Shown: piece after piece, positions 1 to 10,848 of the stretch | Layout: each line of letters begins with the position of its first letter | Position numbering within the stretch: position 1 is the first letter of the stretch | Source: Asterias rubens | Lineage: Eukaryota | Assembly: GCF_902459465.1 (NCBI RefSeq) | Contig: NC_047081.1 | Span: forward strand, 11,284,001 to 11,348,000 | Length of the DNA stretch: 64,000 nt | Direction: 5' to 3' | Notes under the pieces: model-generated | Told to the model about the DNA's origin: nothing | What the model saw: the letters and a program-made list of their open reading frames with translations, nothing else | The model's database searches: none | Made by a program: the position numbers and the translations under genes

Positions 1-3000
1 AGAGGTTGGTGCCGGACACCTGGCCTGCTTGGGGGTTGGTGTACGCGGTGAAGTCAAACTGAATGATCTGGTTGTTGACGCCCTCGCGGAGGGTTCGGAG
101 GTTACCCCCAAAATCCACCCGGGTGATTTCAAGACCTGGAAAAAAGTTTAATCAAATTGAAATGTTTTTAGCGGCCATCCTCTTTTTACATTCAAAATTT
201 ATAAAACTAAAACACATTCAAAAAGAGGGAATATAGTAAATTATTGATTCTAACCATTCTTTAGGGTGTCTACAAAAAAGTGAATAAAAATGGTTGCCCA
301 ACACGCCATGTACAAAATGTACAAACCAAGAAATGCTGAGAGCAAGGGATCAAACTCACCTCTGCACTGGACTGAGGTACATCCAACCAGAGAGGGACTT
401 CCCTGAACCCCACGGATCGAGAAGGGTGTAGAGGGGCTCTGACCACGCCCGATCACGCCGCAGACGGATGCCACCTGCGTACAGGACAAGGAGTTGGTGT
501 TCAGCGTAGACTGTAAGGTGAAGATGGTGGAGGCTGCTGGTGGGCGCCATTGAACGCTGCCCTGCTGACTGTTAAGATTGACATTCTGGAAGAGAGAAAA
601 CAAAAATAGGTTATGAATAAAGAGCATATTTTGGGTTACTTCTTAGGTTAATTTAGCGCTTGTGTACTTTTGAGCAAGACACTTCGCCAGAGTTGCTTTG
701 TTAAAATGGTGCAAAGATATCATTTTATTTGATACTCCTCTTTCAGGGCAAAATTTGAATTATGACATCATCAGACAGCAAAGAAGAAATTCTTCGCCTG
801 TTATAAGCCCAAATACAATGCCATTTCAATTGAATATCACTAGAACTCAGGAACGAACTGAGAATTAAAAAAATTCTTTGAGCAATAATGCATAGACCAT
901 AACTTTTGGATGTTGACAAGAATTGCACTTTATTTTTGAGTATCACTTGAGTATCAAAGTGGTCTTTTAAACCATTTTAATGTGAGGTTAAAATCCAACA
1001 CCCCCCCCCCTCCCCATGATGTCATATGGACCCCCATCTATTGGAAAATGAGTGGATCAAAAAACTAAATTTGACCTGGGAACCCCTCTTGAAACCCCTT
1101 GTTTTTGCTGCAATTCAACAGAAGAAAACAAGTGACGATTTCATCTCTTTGAAAACAATGAATGGTTTAAAACCAAAACATTCTCTTTACCTGTGTTGCG
1201 ACTTGATTTCCTAAATTATTCCTCAAGAGCAACGTGACGCTCCACAGACCAGTTCCCGTGAGGAGGAACTGGGTTTGACCCGGTGAGAAGGTCAGGTCAA
1301 AGGTGAAGCTCTGACTGAGACGACCCTGAATAACAGGAATACCGGAGCTCACACTGATGGCGGTCTGTGAAACGATTACGGTGCCTAGAGAGAAAAAGAA
1401 GGAGTGTTACCAGACCGTAAATATAGCATGCCTGTTTCCACTAACTACAATCATTTGTAGTGTATTTAAAGTGAGGCTGGTGGGAAAATAAGTCTGGTGC
1501 CATATATTAATATGTAAGCTTTCAGGTAAAAGCTTCAATGATCAACCTTATTTTATTTTTTTCCCCTGCATTTTTTAAAGGGTTGACATTAGTTTTTTGT
1601 TTCTTTTTCAGACAGTTCTTTTAAATGATTTATCTCACCAGTGAAAAATTACAAATATACCCAGTGAATGCAAAGCTGATCACTATGGTCGAAGGACAAC
1701 ACTTTTTTTATATTTTGTTATAAAACAACAACACTGTAAATAAATCATCCATTTAATAACGAGGGTAAATGCCTACCTATTTCACAGTTGACTCCGCTGA
1801 AGTCTAGGAGACAGGTGCACTGGTACCCATTGGTCCCAGTGCTGCCGATTCTATTACAAAAACCCCCATTTTGACATGGATTAACCCAACAAGGATCAGG
1901 ATCTAAAGTTTTAGTAAAAAAAACAAAAAAACATGGAGTTTAATTATAGGCGCACAGGTGACCCATTCAATAGTGCCAATCACTAGTATCATTTGTCAAA
2001 TAATCTTGAGGCACAATTCAGGACCAATTCCATTTCACGGGCCGAAGCCATGTTAAATGAAAAAGATCCAGATTTTATCGAGTGAGTAAAATGCATAAAT
2101 TATTAACTGTTTTTATTATAACACATAGATCTTTAAAATTTGATTTTTGTTTTTCACAATGAAGTTATAAACTAAAAATATACACTGAAGCGTGTCGTTC
2201 TTGTTAGTGTTACTCTCATTACAATACATACAATATGGTAACAAATGTGAAACCAGAGGTGAAACATCACATTTTTAATGAATATTTAAAACACTTTTAA
2301 AAAAGAGACGTTGTGCAAAGCACTGTGACTAGGCAGAAATGCATACTATCTGAATTGTGTTCACTGTAAATATACAGTGTAACACACTCGCACTACATAA
2401 TAAGGTTTATCGAGATTCAGAACCGCAGTGCTTTGTGGGAAGGCATATGGGGCAGTTTGCTATGCGATGTATGTTGTCGTGCACGACTCGCGCCAGATCG
2501 CCTATATCTTTGTGGAAATTGTGCGGGTTCAACAGCCCCCTCTTTTGATATTTTGCTATTGGCGATAAACCTTATGAGCTCAGGAAGAACCAGTGCGTCC
2601 CCAATCATGCCTATAATTTTGGGCTGGGTCTCATTAATATCAATTTTGAAAGAATGAAAAAAAATACAGAACTTTTGCCCCCACCAAAGCTTTAGCCCAG
2701 TAATAATAATATTGTCGGCCTCCAACAATTTATGGGTCTACCCTTATCACTGATAATATCAGTTAACCATGTTTACAAGAATGTTGAGCGGGAGGATAAC
2801 ATTTAAATTGATTTCAAGGGTTGCATAGTTATTATCATAACTGGGGCAGGGGATTTTACACACTGAGTGCACACAAGTGCCGTCATCTTCATCAAACGGA
2901 AACATTGTTTTTAGAGAAAGTATTTGTTGGTGACTTACCGGCTTCATATCTGATTGAAAAGCCTCCACTTGGAACATTGAAGTCTGTATACCAGTACAAC

Positions 3001-5315
3001 ACTACCTGGTTAGTGTTGAATGTTTGTGGAGCGATTTGGTCAGTTCCAATATACGTCCTAAAAAGCACAAGAAAATACAAATGTGTCAAGTTTTAGCAGC
3101 CGACATCCAGCAAAAAAAAACTAATGTTCAATAACAGCGCCCTCTGTTGACCTCTGTCAACAGAAATCGTTCCTCTGTCTGTCTGCTCTGGCCTATGTCA
3201 CTCTGTTTAGTTTGAAGCACAGTCACATAATTATTTTTTGTCGGCAATTATTATTAATTTGAGTGCAAAATAATCAATTATGCTCTCTTGACAGCAGACA
3301 ATGAGTGTAGTCTTTTTAGCAGGTTGTGTGTTTTGTCATCTTCATACAAAATATAAAATGGAAAGCTTATTTTCCCCCAATATTAAATATTGTTTTGTTT
3401 TGTTCTGCTTTTGTTAAGATCATCTTCCCATCAAGGAACTCGGCAGAAACTCCAGGGGAATATAAACACCAAGATGGTAACAGCCAATCCCTCTCATACA
3501 ACAAAGTTTATGATCATGTACGTCTATAATTATGAGTTGCACACAAGATAGGGATTCATTCTACTGCGGCAAAACTTATTGTAGTCATTGTACAATCAAA
3601 AGGTTAGCTAGGTGAGGATTCGAACCCACAACCATTACAAGTCCTGCACCAATGGACATACAACAGAAGTGCGTTTTGGCGACCCCAACCAGAAACTTTG
3701 GTCATCGGTTGAGCGTTTTCGCGTGTTCGGTTGAGCGCGGTGACGATGCTGTTCAGACCAACCGACTTGCTGAGTTGGTTGGCTTGGTGGCTTTGGTTGG
3801 GGTCGCCAAAACGAACCCCTGGTGTCATTTAAATTTTAGCATGTCCTGTTATCACGACCTTCGTGATCTTGAGTTTGTCAACTTGCTTGCTCACCGTAGA
3901 TCTGATGATTGATCATTCACTGTGGTGCCAGGATAGATGATCAACCCATCTTTATGATTCTCAGAAAGGAAGACGTCAAAGAAAAAAGTAATCGACTCGG
4001 CCGAAGGTATCCGAACGATGTAGAAACAGTCTTCGTTGTCATTCGGCGGCAGTGGGAAGTTTGTCGTGGTAATGACGCCAGAGTCACTGTAGAAATTACT
4101 GCCACACTCTTTAGCTGTATAAATAATTGTATTTTTATAATAAAAAAATTGAAGAGGTATTTTAACGCTGATTATCTCATAACAAACTAAACATTAACTT
4201 TGTTTTATTTGTTCCCTATATAGCTCTGTCAATGACGTAGTTTGACATATCGACAAGAGTTCATTTGATTGGGAACTCCGCCGCTAATTCGTCATGTCGT
4301 AACACTCGTCGTGAACAATCATTTTGAAAGAAAATTTATAAAAAGACAGTGTCAGAAAGGTGTTTAAGACTGGGATTTCAACTCAGAAACTGTCTTGAGT
4401 TTGTTCCCAAATTGTTGGGTAATATTGACACAGAATATGGGTGTCACTGAACCGAGTCATTGTGTTTTTATTTTGTCGTAGTAGAGTAAAAATATTTTGC
4501 TATTTTTATTATTGAACATTTTGGATGTTATTAATTACAGAGTGAAAATAATTTGCTAGATTGAACATTTTGAATGTAATAAAAAGTAAGTAATTTGCTA
4601 GATTGAACATTTTAAATATTTTAGTTTAAGGAAAAGGAGAAAGATGTCCTACGAATTGACGGTGACAATCCCGGGAGTCTCTGCTCGCAGTTCTGTCCTT
4701 GCCAGCTTCCTTGGCACTCGCATATGTACCCCGGGTTGAGATAAGCCGGACGACATATCGCACCGTTCAGACATAGCTGTTGTGACTGCTGGCAAGCTAT
4801 TCAAAACAATAACAACAGTGGGAATCAAAGGTGTTAAAACAAAACATAACGCTGATTGTTGTTCTTTATACACGTGACAATACCTACACCAATATTGTGC
4901 CATTTTTAACAACGGTTTTTTATCACAATTAAGAATAAATCAATCAAGATATTGTTATTATTATTTCAGAAATAGAAAAGATATTTTGATTATAATCCTG
5001 AGATAATCCATCTTGGAAAGTTGACATCCAAGAAGTCGACATCGTTAGATAAAGTATAATGTGAACGTTTTTACTGTAGGATGTCGTCATCTTGATAAAT
5101 CATCTCAGAATGTTGCCATCTTACGTTTATGACGTCATCATCGTACAGTATTATCTCAGAATCTCAAAAGAAAAATAGATGGCACTTGAACCTTTTCCCA
5201 AACAGATTGATAAAGTTGTCTTACGATTATTTTGAGCTTGTGAGGTACTCGTTGTGGCAAGAAGGATTCCAAGAAGCAGCCAAGAAAGCTGTTTGCGTAG
5301 TGGTCTCGTAGACAT
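1..5315 (-). CDS. Secreted EGF-CUB mosaic protein with repeated unnamed 4-Cys module; 3' end lies beyond the window's left edge (copy 1)
   Basis: Hand-spliced GT-AG exons with consistent phases. 5225-5315: ATG + signal peptide MSTRPLRKQLSWLLLGILLATTSTSQAQNN. 4653-4796: EGF, CQQSQQLCLNGAICRPAYLNPGYICECQGSWQGQNCE (missed by the ORF track). 3895-4114 + 2939-3057: CUB, KECGSNFYSDSGVITTTNFP..EDCFYIVRIP..TYIGT..YTDFNVPSGGFSIRYEA. 1191-1384 + 360-585: module 1. 1-135: start of module 2. An acceptor at 5340-5341 upstream of the ATG implies an unlocated 5'UTR exon. Confidence 0.88.
3672..3813. mobile_element. Small MITE-like inverted-repeat element in the CUB intron (second copy 13213-13358)
   Basis: Perfect 20-bp terminal inverted repeat cgttttggcgaccccaacca (3672-3691) / tggttggggtcgccaaaacg (3794-3813). 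No clear TSD. Confidence 0.65.
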
Positions 5316-6814
5316 GCTGGTGAGTAAGACACCGTCTACCTGTAAGGGGGGGGGGGGGGCAAGAGGGAGTGGGTACACTCATTAAGAAGTTGTATTTTGA
5401 ACACTGTTGTAATGGACAATCGGGTTGGCTAACATTACGTTTTGGGTAACCATATAATTAATGGCAATAAAAACATACTTTGTTACACAGCAGCTTTCGA
5501 TCTGTAAAGCATTTGAGAATCATTTCACTTTGAAGTAATGTAGATTGGAAAAATGGAAAAATATCAGTTTTTATTCCCCAAACATTTCTCAGATTGTGTA
5601 TTCCAGTATGGATTAGTGTTCTTAAAGTGGAAAATAACCGCCCGGAATTTTCGGCGATATCGCAAAAACGCTTTGAAATACAATTGTCACGGGTGTTATA
5701 GGATTCAAACAATACAACAATTTTAAAACCTTAAGGTACAATATTTGCCAGTTTGCCTAAGTGCCACATCTGCAAATCCCACTTTGGACCGAAGACTTGC
5801 GTGTGGATTGGGTTTTCAGTCCTGGTCACCAGAAACAAAAAGAAAATTCTACTAAAAGTAAAAATTCTTTCAGCGAAAACCGGGCCACGCGAATTTAAAA
5901 AAATTGCGCCAAGATCTGTTCGTAGTCGTGTCTAAAGTCGTTTCCACGAAGATTATTCTAAGCCAAACAAAATAAATTCCACACACTTTTTCAATTTTAA
6001 AGACAACGGACATTGACTTAAATAAAACAAAATGAGCTGCATGGTTGAAATTCTATTTTATGGTTCTGTTTAGAATATTTGTTTTAAACCGTGGACGGTT
6101 TGTGGTTTCCAAAGGCGACAGCGAAAGACTAGTCTAGAATGTCCAGTGTTAGACCTTGACTCTACCTAAGTATAGAAACGTTCATCTCCGGCTATAATAC
6201 GTTCAACAAATCTATCTGGGCTATCTAAACTTAAACACCCATCCTCAATCACACAAACAAAGCAAGGTGGACGCAAGGCCATGCTAGACAATGGAGTTAT
6301 TATTAGAGATGAATATGAAACCCATCCATGGGAAAATTTGTCACAAAAGAGAGATGTTGAGATTGGGGGAGTTGTTTTGTAAAGTTGGATCTTCTGTTGC
6401 CCTTGGAGATGATAATTTTGATTGTGTTTTATGCGGGGATGGATTGAGATAGGTACTGGAAAGCACTGTTTTTGAGTTTGGTGTTTTTCTTTGTTGTTTT
6501 TATTTGTTTGGTAATGTGATGTAAGTGTTACTCATTATGACGGACATGCTACAACTCTTTAGAGGAAATGAAATAAGTTTTTCTTTGAAAACAGTCAGCA
6601 CTGAATCATCACAAGGTTGAAATACTGTATATGGGGAAGAAACGTGGAAAAATGGTGTTTTAGTAAATATTGTTTGACCATTGACGTATGGTGCTGCCTC
6701 GAGACATTGTGTTTTGCTTTGTTTGGGGAAAATAATAAATAACAGAACGTATGGTCAAGCGTCACATGTTTACAGTGCGAATAAAAGTGGGTAATTAGGA
6801 CAGACTCTTTGGTC

Positions 6815-7105
6815 AGCTATTTTTAATAGAGCTTCATCGACTTTAAGTTGGTGTAGCCATATTACTTTTCCCAGGCAAACCAATGTAACCAAACCGAGGC
6901 TGGGAGTAAAATAGTCTGGTCCCGTTGTGGTGTATTTGGTGTATGGTTGATATTGCCTTAATGAACCTTGAGACACGATAAAGTTTGTGCATGGCATGAC
7001 CAATATTATTGGCAAGCTATTTTTAGTAGAAATTTATCCGTCATGCCCAGGCAAACCAATTTAAACAAACCGAGACTGTAAGTAAAAATAGTCTGGTGCC
7101 GTTCG
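6815..7105. repeat. Degenerate direct repeat, two units ~200 bp apart
   Basis: agctattttt..cccaggcaaaccaat.taa.caaaccgag.ctg..agtaaaa.tagtctggt.ccgtt occurs at ~6815-6925 and again at ~7015-7105. Confidence 0.7.
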
Positions 7106-8834
7106 AAACTAATTCAAGTAAAAAATCATAAGTGACACCTGGGTATAAACAATTACAAAGAAATTAAACAAATTTTGTAAGAACATGTGTAACTCATTGT
7201 TGTGCGCAGTGAAATTGTGACTCCCAAAACAGACAAAATGATTATACGTTTGTACAAGAAGGGTTAACTTTATATCCCCTGAAGAAAAGTGTGACTCTCG
7301 TATTAGTGTGACGTTGTACAAGGGGTTAACTTTTAAATCCACCAAAAGGACCAACAAATCCTTTTTTGAATGGTTTAAACCTGACCAGTAGGGAATGCAA
7401 GGCATTCGGTCTGTCGACCAACCCATGTTTGCTTTAAAAGCAAATCTACTTTTCGCACCCACTGAAGCGTGGTCTCGATGAAAGGAACTGGGACGTACGT
7501 TTGTTGGAAATAAACACAAGCTACATTCCACTAGGCATTGAATTCAAAGCAAACTTGTCTGATTCAGTGAGTACTCAGTCTGAGTTGCTACTTTGAAGTC
7601 TCATTACTCTAATGGGTATAGACCCCGACTGTCACATTGTATACTCTGCCATGTTTGTCGTGTTCCAAGTGTTCGTAAGCAATACTGGAACCTGTATTTC
7701 TATTGAACATGAAAGGGTTCAGACTAATAATTTGTCGTCAAAACCTCGATGTGTTTTCAATGATGTTATAATTTATGACGTAATTGGTATTACATGTATT
7801 TGAACATTATAATCGGGTAAAACCGAGTATGTTTTCGGAGACTTAAAAACTGGTATAGGAAAACTAAAAACTGTGATCAGGCACCCCATCATAATCGGAG
7901 TCCAACAGTTTGTGAGTGTTGGGTTTATGTCCAGCAAGGAAAACTTTATGTATCCTGCCACTCCCACTTTTCACCCATTTTTACCAAAAGGAACATCTCA
8001 TTGGAGTAGTTTAGAGACAGAATATTTCAGTTTATTTTATAACGAATGGAAAAGTAGTGGCAGGATACAGACACTTTCCCTAGTCCAGCAAACTCATTCT
8101 GGATATTTCTATTTAATATACATATCATTTTGGAACTTACATGAATGTGGATAAATACAACAAAATTAATATGTGAACATTTTATTTCGAAAGGTGGTAG
8201 TGTTTTTGAGATAATATTGCCGAAAATCTGGAGCGGTTATGTTCTAATTCGTAATAATTATGATACACACAATTTGAGAAACCTCCCTGACTGAGAATTG
8301 TTTCTCAAAAATAAACTTGTATTTTTTTTCATAACCACATTATTGAAGTAAAACGATTCTAAATATGCATTGACGAGCAGAGTGTACAGTTCGAAACGTC
8401 GAGACCCAACCGGCTCTTTTCAGAGCTAACACTCACCCTAAGAGATTTACACATGGTTGTACTCGCAAGTTGACTATTTATTTGTATTTTCTTCTAACTA
8501 CGTGTGTTTTTATTGGTATTAATTTGAAGAAAGATTTCCAAACACAATATATAACTTCCCTATAAAAATACAAGTGTTCTTGAAATCATACTCCCCATCG
8601 CCATTCAAAAGCTAGGGTGAATAAAGGTCAACTCTGTGGAAAAATTCCACCTTCAAAATATAGTGAATAACAATAATCCAGTGTTCACAAAAAGGAACAA
8701 CACGTCAAAAGAAAGTACGACGAGTGATGAATGGCTTCTGTTGTATATCCACAAAAGTGGAAAAATAGACTTGACTTATGCATCTGTCAGTATTTAAGAG
8801 GCCTATGTCTGCATGGCCAGGTGATGGGCCAAAT

Positions 8835-9192
8835 CTCACGGACACCTTTGATAATTAATTGTCAAAGATCCAAGTATTCTTACTTCATTAAGTAATCGGT
8901 GAAAATTTTGACTCAATTGGTCATCGAAGTTGCAAGAGAATCATGAAAGAAAATTCACCCTTGTTGCACAAAATTGTATGTGATTTCAGATGCCTAAAAA
9001 AGGCTTCAGGCTTGAAGTATTTTAATATTGAGCGAGAAATTACCTCTTTCTTAGAAAAGTACGTTACTCTGAGGGAGCCGTTTCCAAAAATGTTGTATAG
9101 GCCTACTATCAACAGCTCTCCATTGCTTGTTACCAAGTAAGTTCGTATGCTCACAAATTTTGAATAGTTAACAGTAGTGTCCAGTGTCTTTA
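8835..9192 (-). mobile_element. Diverged copy of the TTAA-flanked (Kolobok/T2-like) MITE family seen intact at 63065-63450 (second copy ~18375-18740)
   Basis: Shares ggacac..tt.gtaatt / tagtgtccagtgtcttta ends and internal segments (gagggagccgttt, caattggtcatcgaagttgc) with the 63 kb element, in reverse orientation. Confidence 0.75.
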
Positions 9193-10039
9193 GCACAACT
9201 AAGGACATCATAATTACGCTTAGAACAAAAGATTTGTGTGTTTTTTGCCCTCGTCCGATTGACCGTGATTAATTTGTGTTGCGATCGATTTGTCCCCCAC
9301 CCACCCCAACAACAAAAGAGTAAATTCCAAAATACAATCTACAAAACTACAATGTTTTTTTAATATTTTGTATTATTCATCATGTCAACTTGTGTACAAT
9401 AATGTTGAAGCCTGCGTAAGACCAGTAGCTGTAGCTCATTGCACCTGTTTGAGCTACCCGTAGTTAACACGTAACACCAGAAGCATAATAATAGGTGCCT
9501 GCATTATAACCGGGTTAAAATAAAGCCGAACACAGCAACCTGTATTACGCAGAAAATACACATTGCGCAAAACCTGCTTGACGCAACATTGAAAGGGTTA
9601 TGTTTTCCCATGAGTTGTTGTCACAGTTTGGTAAATGTGTCATACAAAGTGAGTAATGAAGAACATATAAAGGGATTTCGTTTCTGGGGTGTTTTTCGAG
9701 CAGTTTGCTTTCAAGATTAAGGACAAATTCAGCAATGACATTCGTTTTACTCGTCATACAACAATGCACACCGGTTTTACTTTCATGTTAAAAACAATCA
9801 TTTGATGTATATTCTCTTAACTCTTGGTTCTATATGGGCAGAAGCAATGGAATCGACTTGCCAACATCAGTGTTGGTTTTATTGATTCAATCATTGGTTT
9901 TAGTTGAAAAAGCCTAAGCAAAGCGGTAAGCCCAGAGTTAAAATTTCGAAACGTGTTGAGTTTTGAGTCGGCCAATTATGCAAATTCTGGTGTTGGGGCG
10001 TTGGATGTGTTACTTTAATTTTAAAATAAAAGCCACCAG

Positions 10040-10172
10040 CAGTCCTGATACTTCAAGGAGGCAACCATGCCCCTTGGTGCCCTTGAAATGCTCCAGTAGA
10101 AATTTCCTCATAGGGTGCCCTTTACCAAGGAGAACATGCCTTGGCGCCCTTGCCCTTTCAAGAAGAACTCAC
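10040..10172. repeat. Interspersed repeat family (ggtgcccttgaaatg..catagggtgccctttaccaaggaga)
   Basis: Homologous sequence at ~19600-19725 (duplicate copy) and ~63845-63947; fragments at ~30965-31010 and ~38270-38320. Confidence 0.7.
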
Positions 10173-10348
10173 AATTAGTTTAATTTTGAGGCCCACAGCT
10201 TAAAAAGTGAAGAAACTAAACAGGCATTTCAATAAAACCCCATTGTTCATTTTAGGTTAAATGGTTGGGATCAACCGTCCACCGTTATGGTCCAACAATG
10301 TTCCATGAAGGGATTTCTAAGTCAACTATTTTCTGAGTCACCAACAGT

Positions 10349-10848
10349 NNNNNNNNNNNNNNNNNNNNNNNNNNNNNNNNNNNNNNNNNNNNNNNNNNNN
10401 NNNNNNNNNNNNNNNNNNNNNNNNNNNNNNNNNNNNNNNNNNNNNNNNNNNNNNNNNNNNNNNNNNNNNNNNNNNNNNNNNNNNNNNNNNNNNNNNNNNN
10501 NNNNNNNNNNNNNNNNNNNNNNNNNNNNNNNNNNNNNNNNNNNNNNNNNNNNNNNNNNNNNNNNNNNNNNNNNNNNNNNNNNNNNNNNNNNNNNNNNNNN
10601 NNNNNNNNNNNNNNNNNNNNNNNNNNNNNNNNNNNNNNNNNNNNNNNNNNNNNNNNNNNNNNNNNNNNNNNNNNNNNNNNNNNNNNNNNNNNNNNNNNNN
10701 NNNNNNNNNNNNNNNNNNNNNNNNNNNNNNNNNNNNNNNNNNNNNNNNNNNNNNNNNNNNNNNNNNNNNNNNNNNNNNNNNNNNNNNNNNNNNNNNNNNN
10801 NNNNNNNNNNNNNNNNNNNNNNNNNNNNNNNNNNNNNNNNNNNNNNNN
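10349..10848. other. Scaffold gap (500 N)
   Basis: Exactly 500 consecutive N, a round number typical of an arbitrary gap size. Confidence 1.

Larger units (their letters stand above)
1304..10348. repeat. Copy A of ~9 kb near-identical segment flanking the scaffold gap
   Basis: 1304 (tgaagctctgactgag) matches 10849, and 10348 (..gagtcaccaacagt) matches 19928. Same ORFs recur with ~9545-9580 offset; only scattered SNPs and small indels differ. Confidence 0.97.

Noticed and set aside
3605-3640. tRNA gene (ggattcgaaccc B-box), and similar B-boxes at 20.3, 20.8, 42.5 and 43.2 kb
   Set aside because: Only T-loop/B-box fragments, with no acceptor stem or complete cloverleaf. Most are followed by the SINE core sequence.
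4545-4615. Short direct repeats (aatttgctagattgaacatttt x2) as a CRISPR-like array
   Set aside because: Only two units in an intron of a eukaryotic gene, no spacer series and no cas genes.
1-5315. Calling the EGF-CUB gene fibropellin or a BMP1/tolloid/SpAN protease
   Set aside because: No EGF array after the CUB, no avidin-like domain seen, and no astacin HExxH domain before the EGF.
8921-9211. ORFs within MITEs and repeats (e.g. 8921-9211, 9963-10178, 29313-29600, 56623-56868, 63811-63996)
   Set aside because: They fall inside non-autonomous repeat copies and have no transposase motifs.
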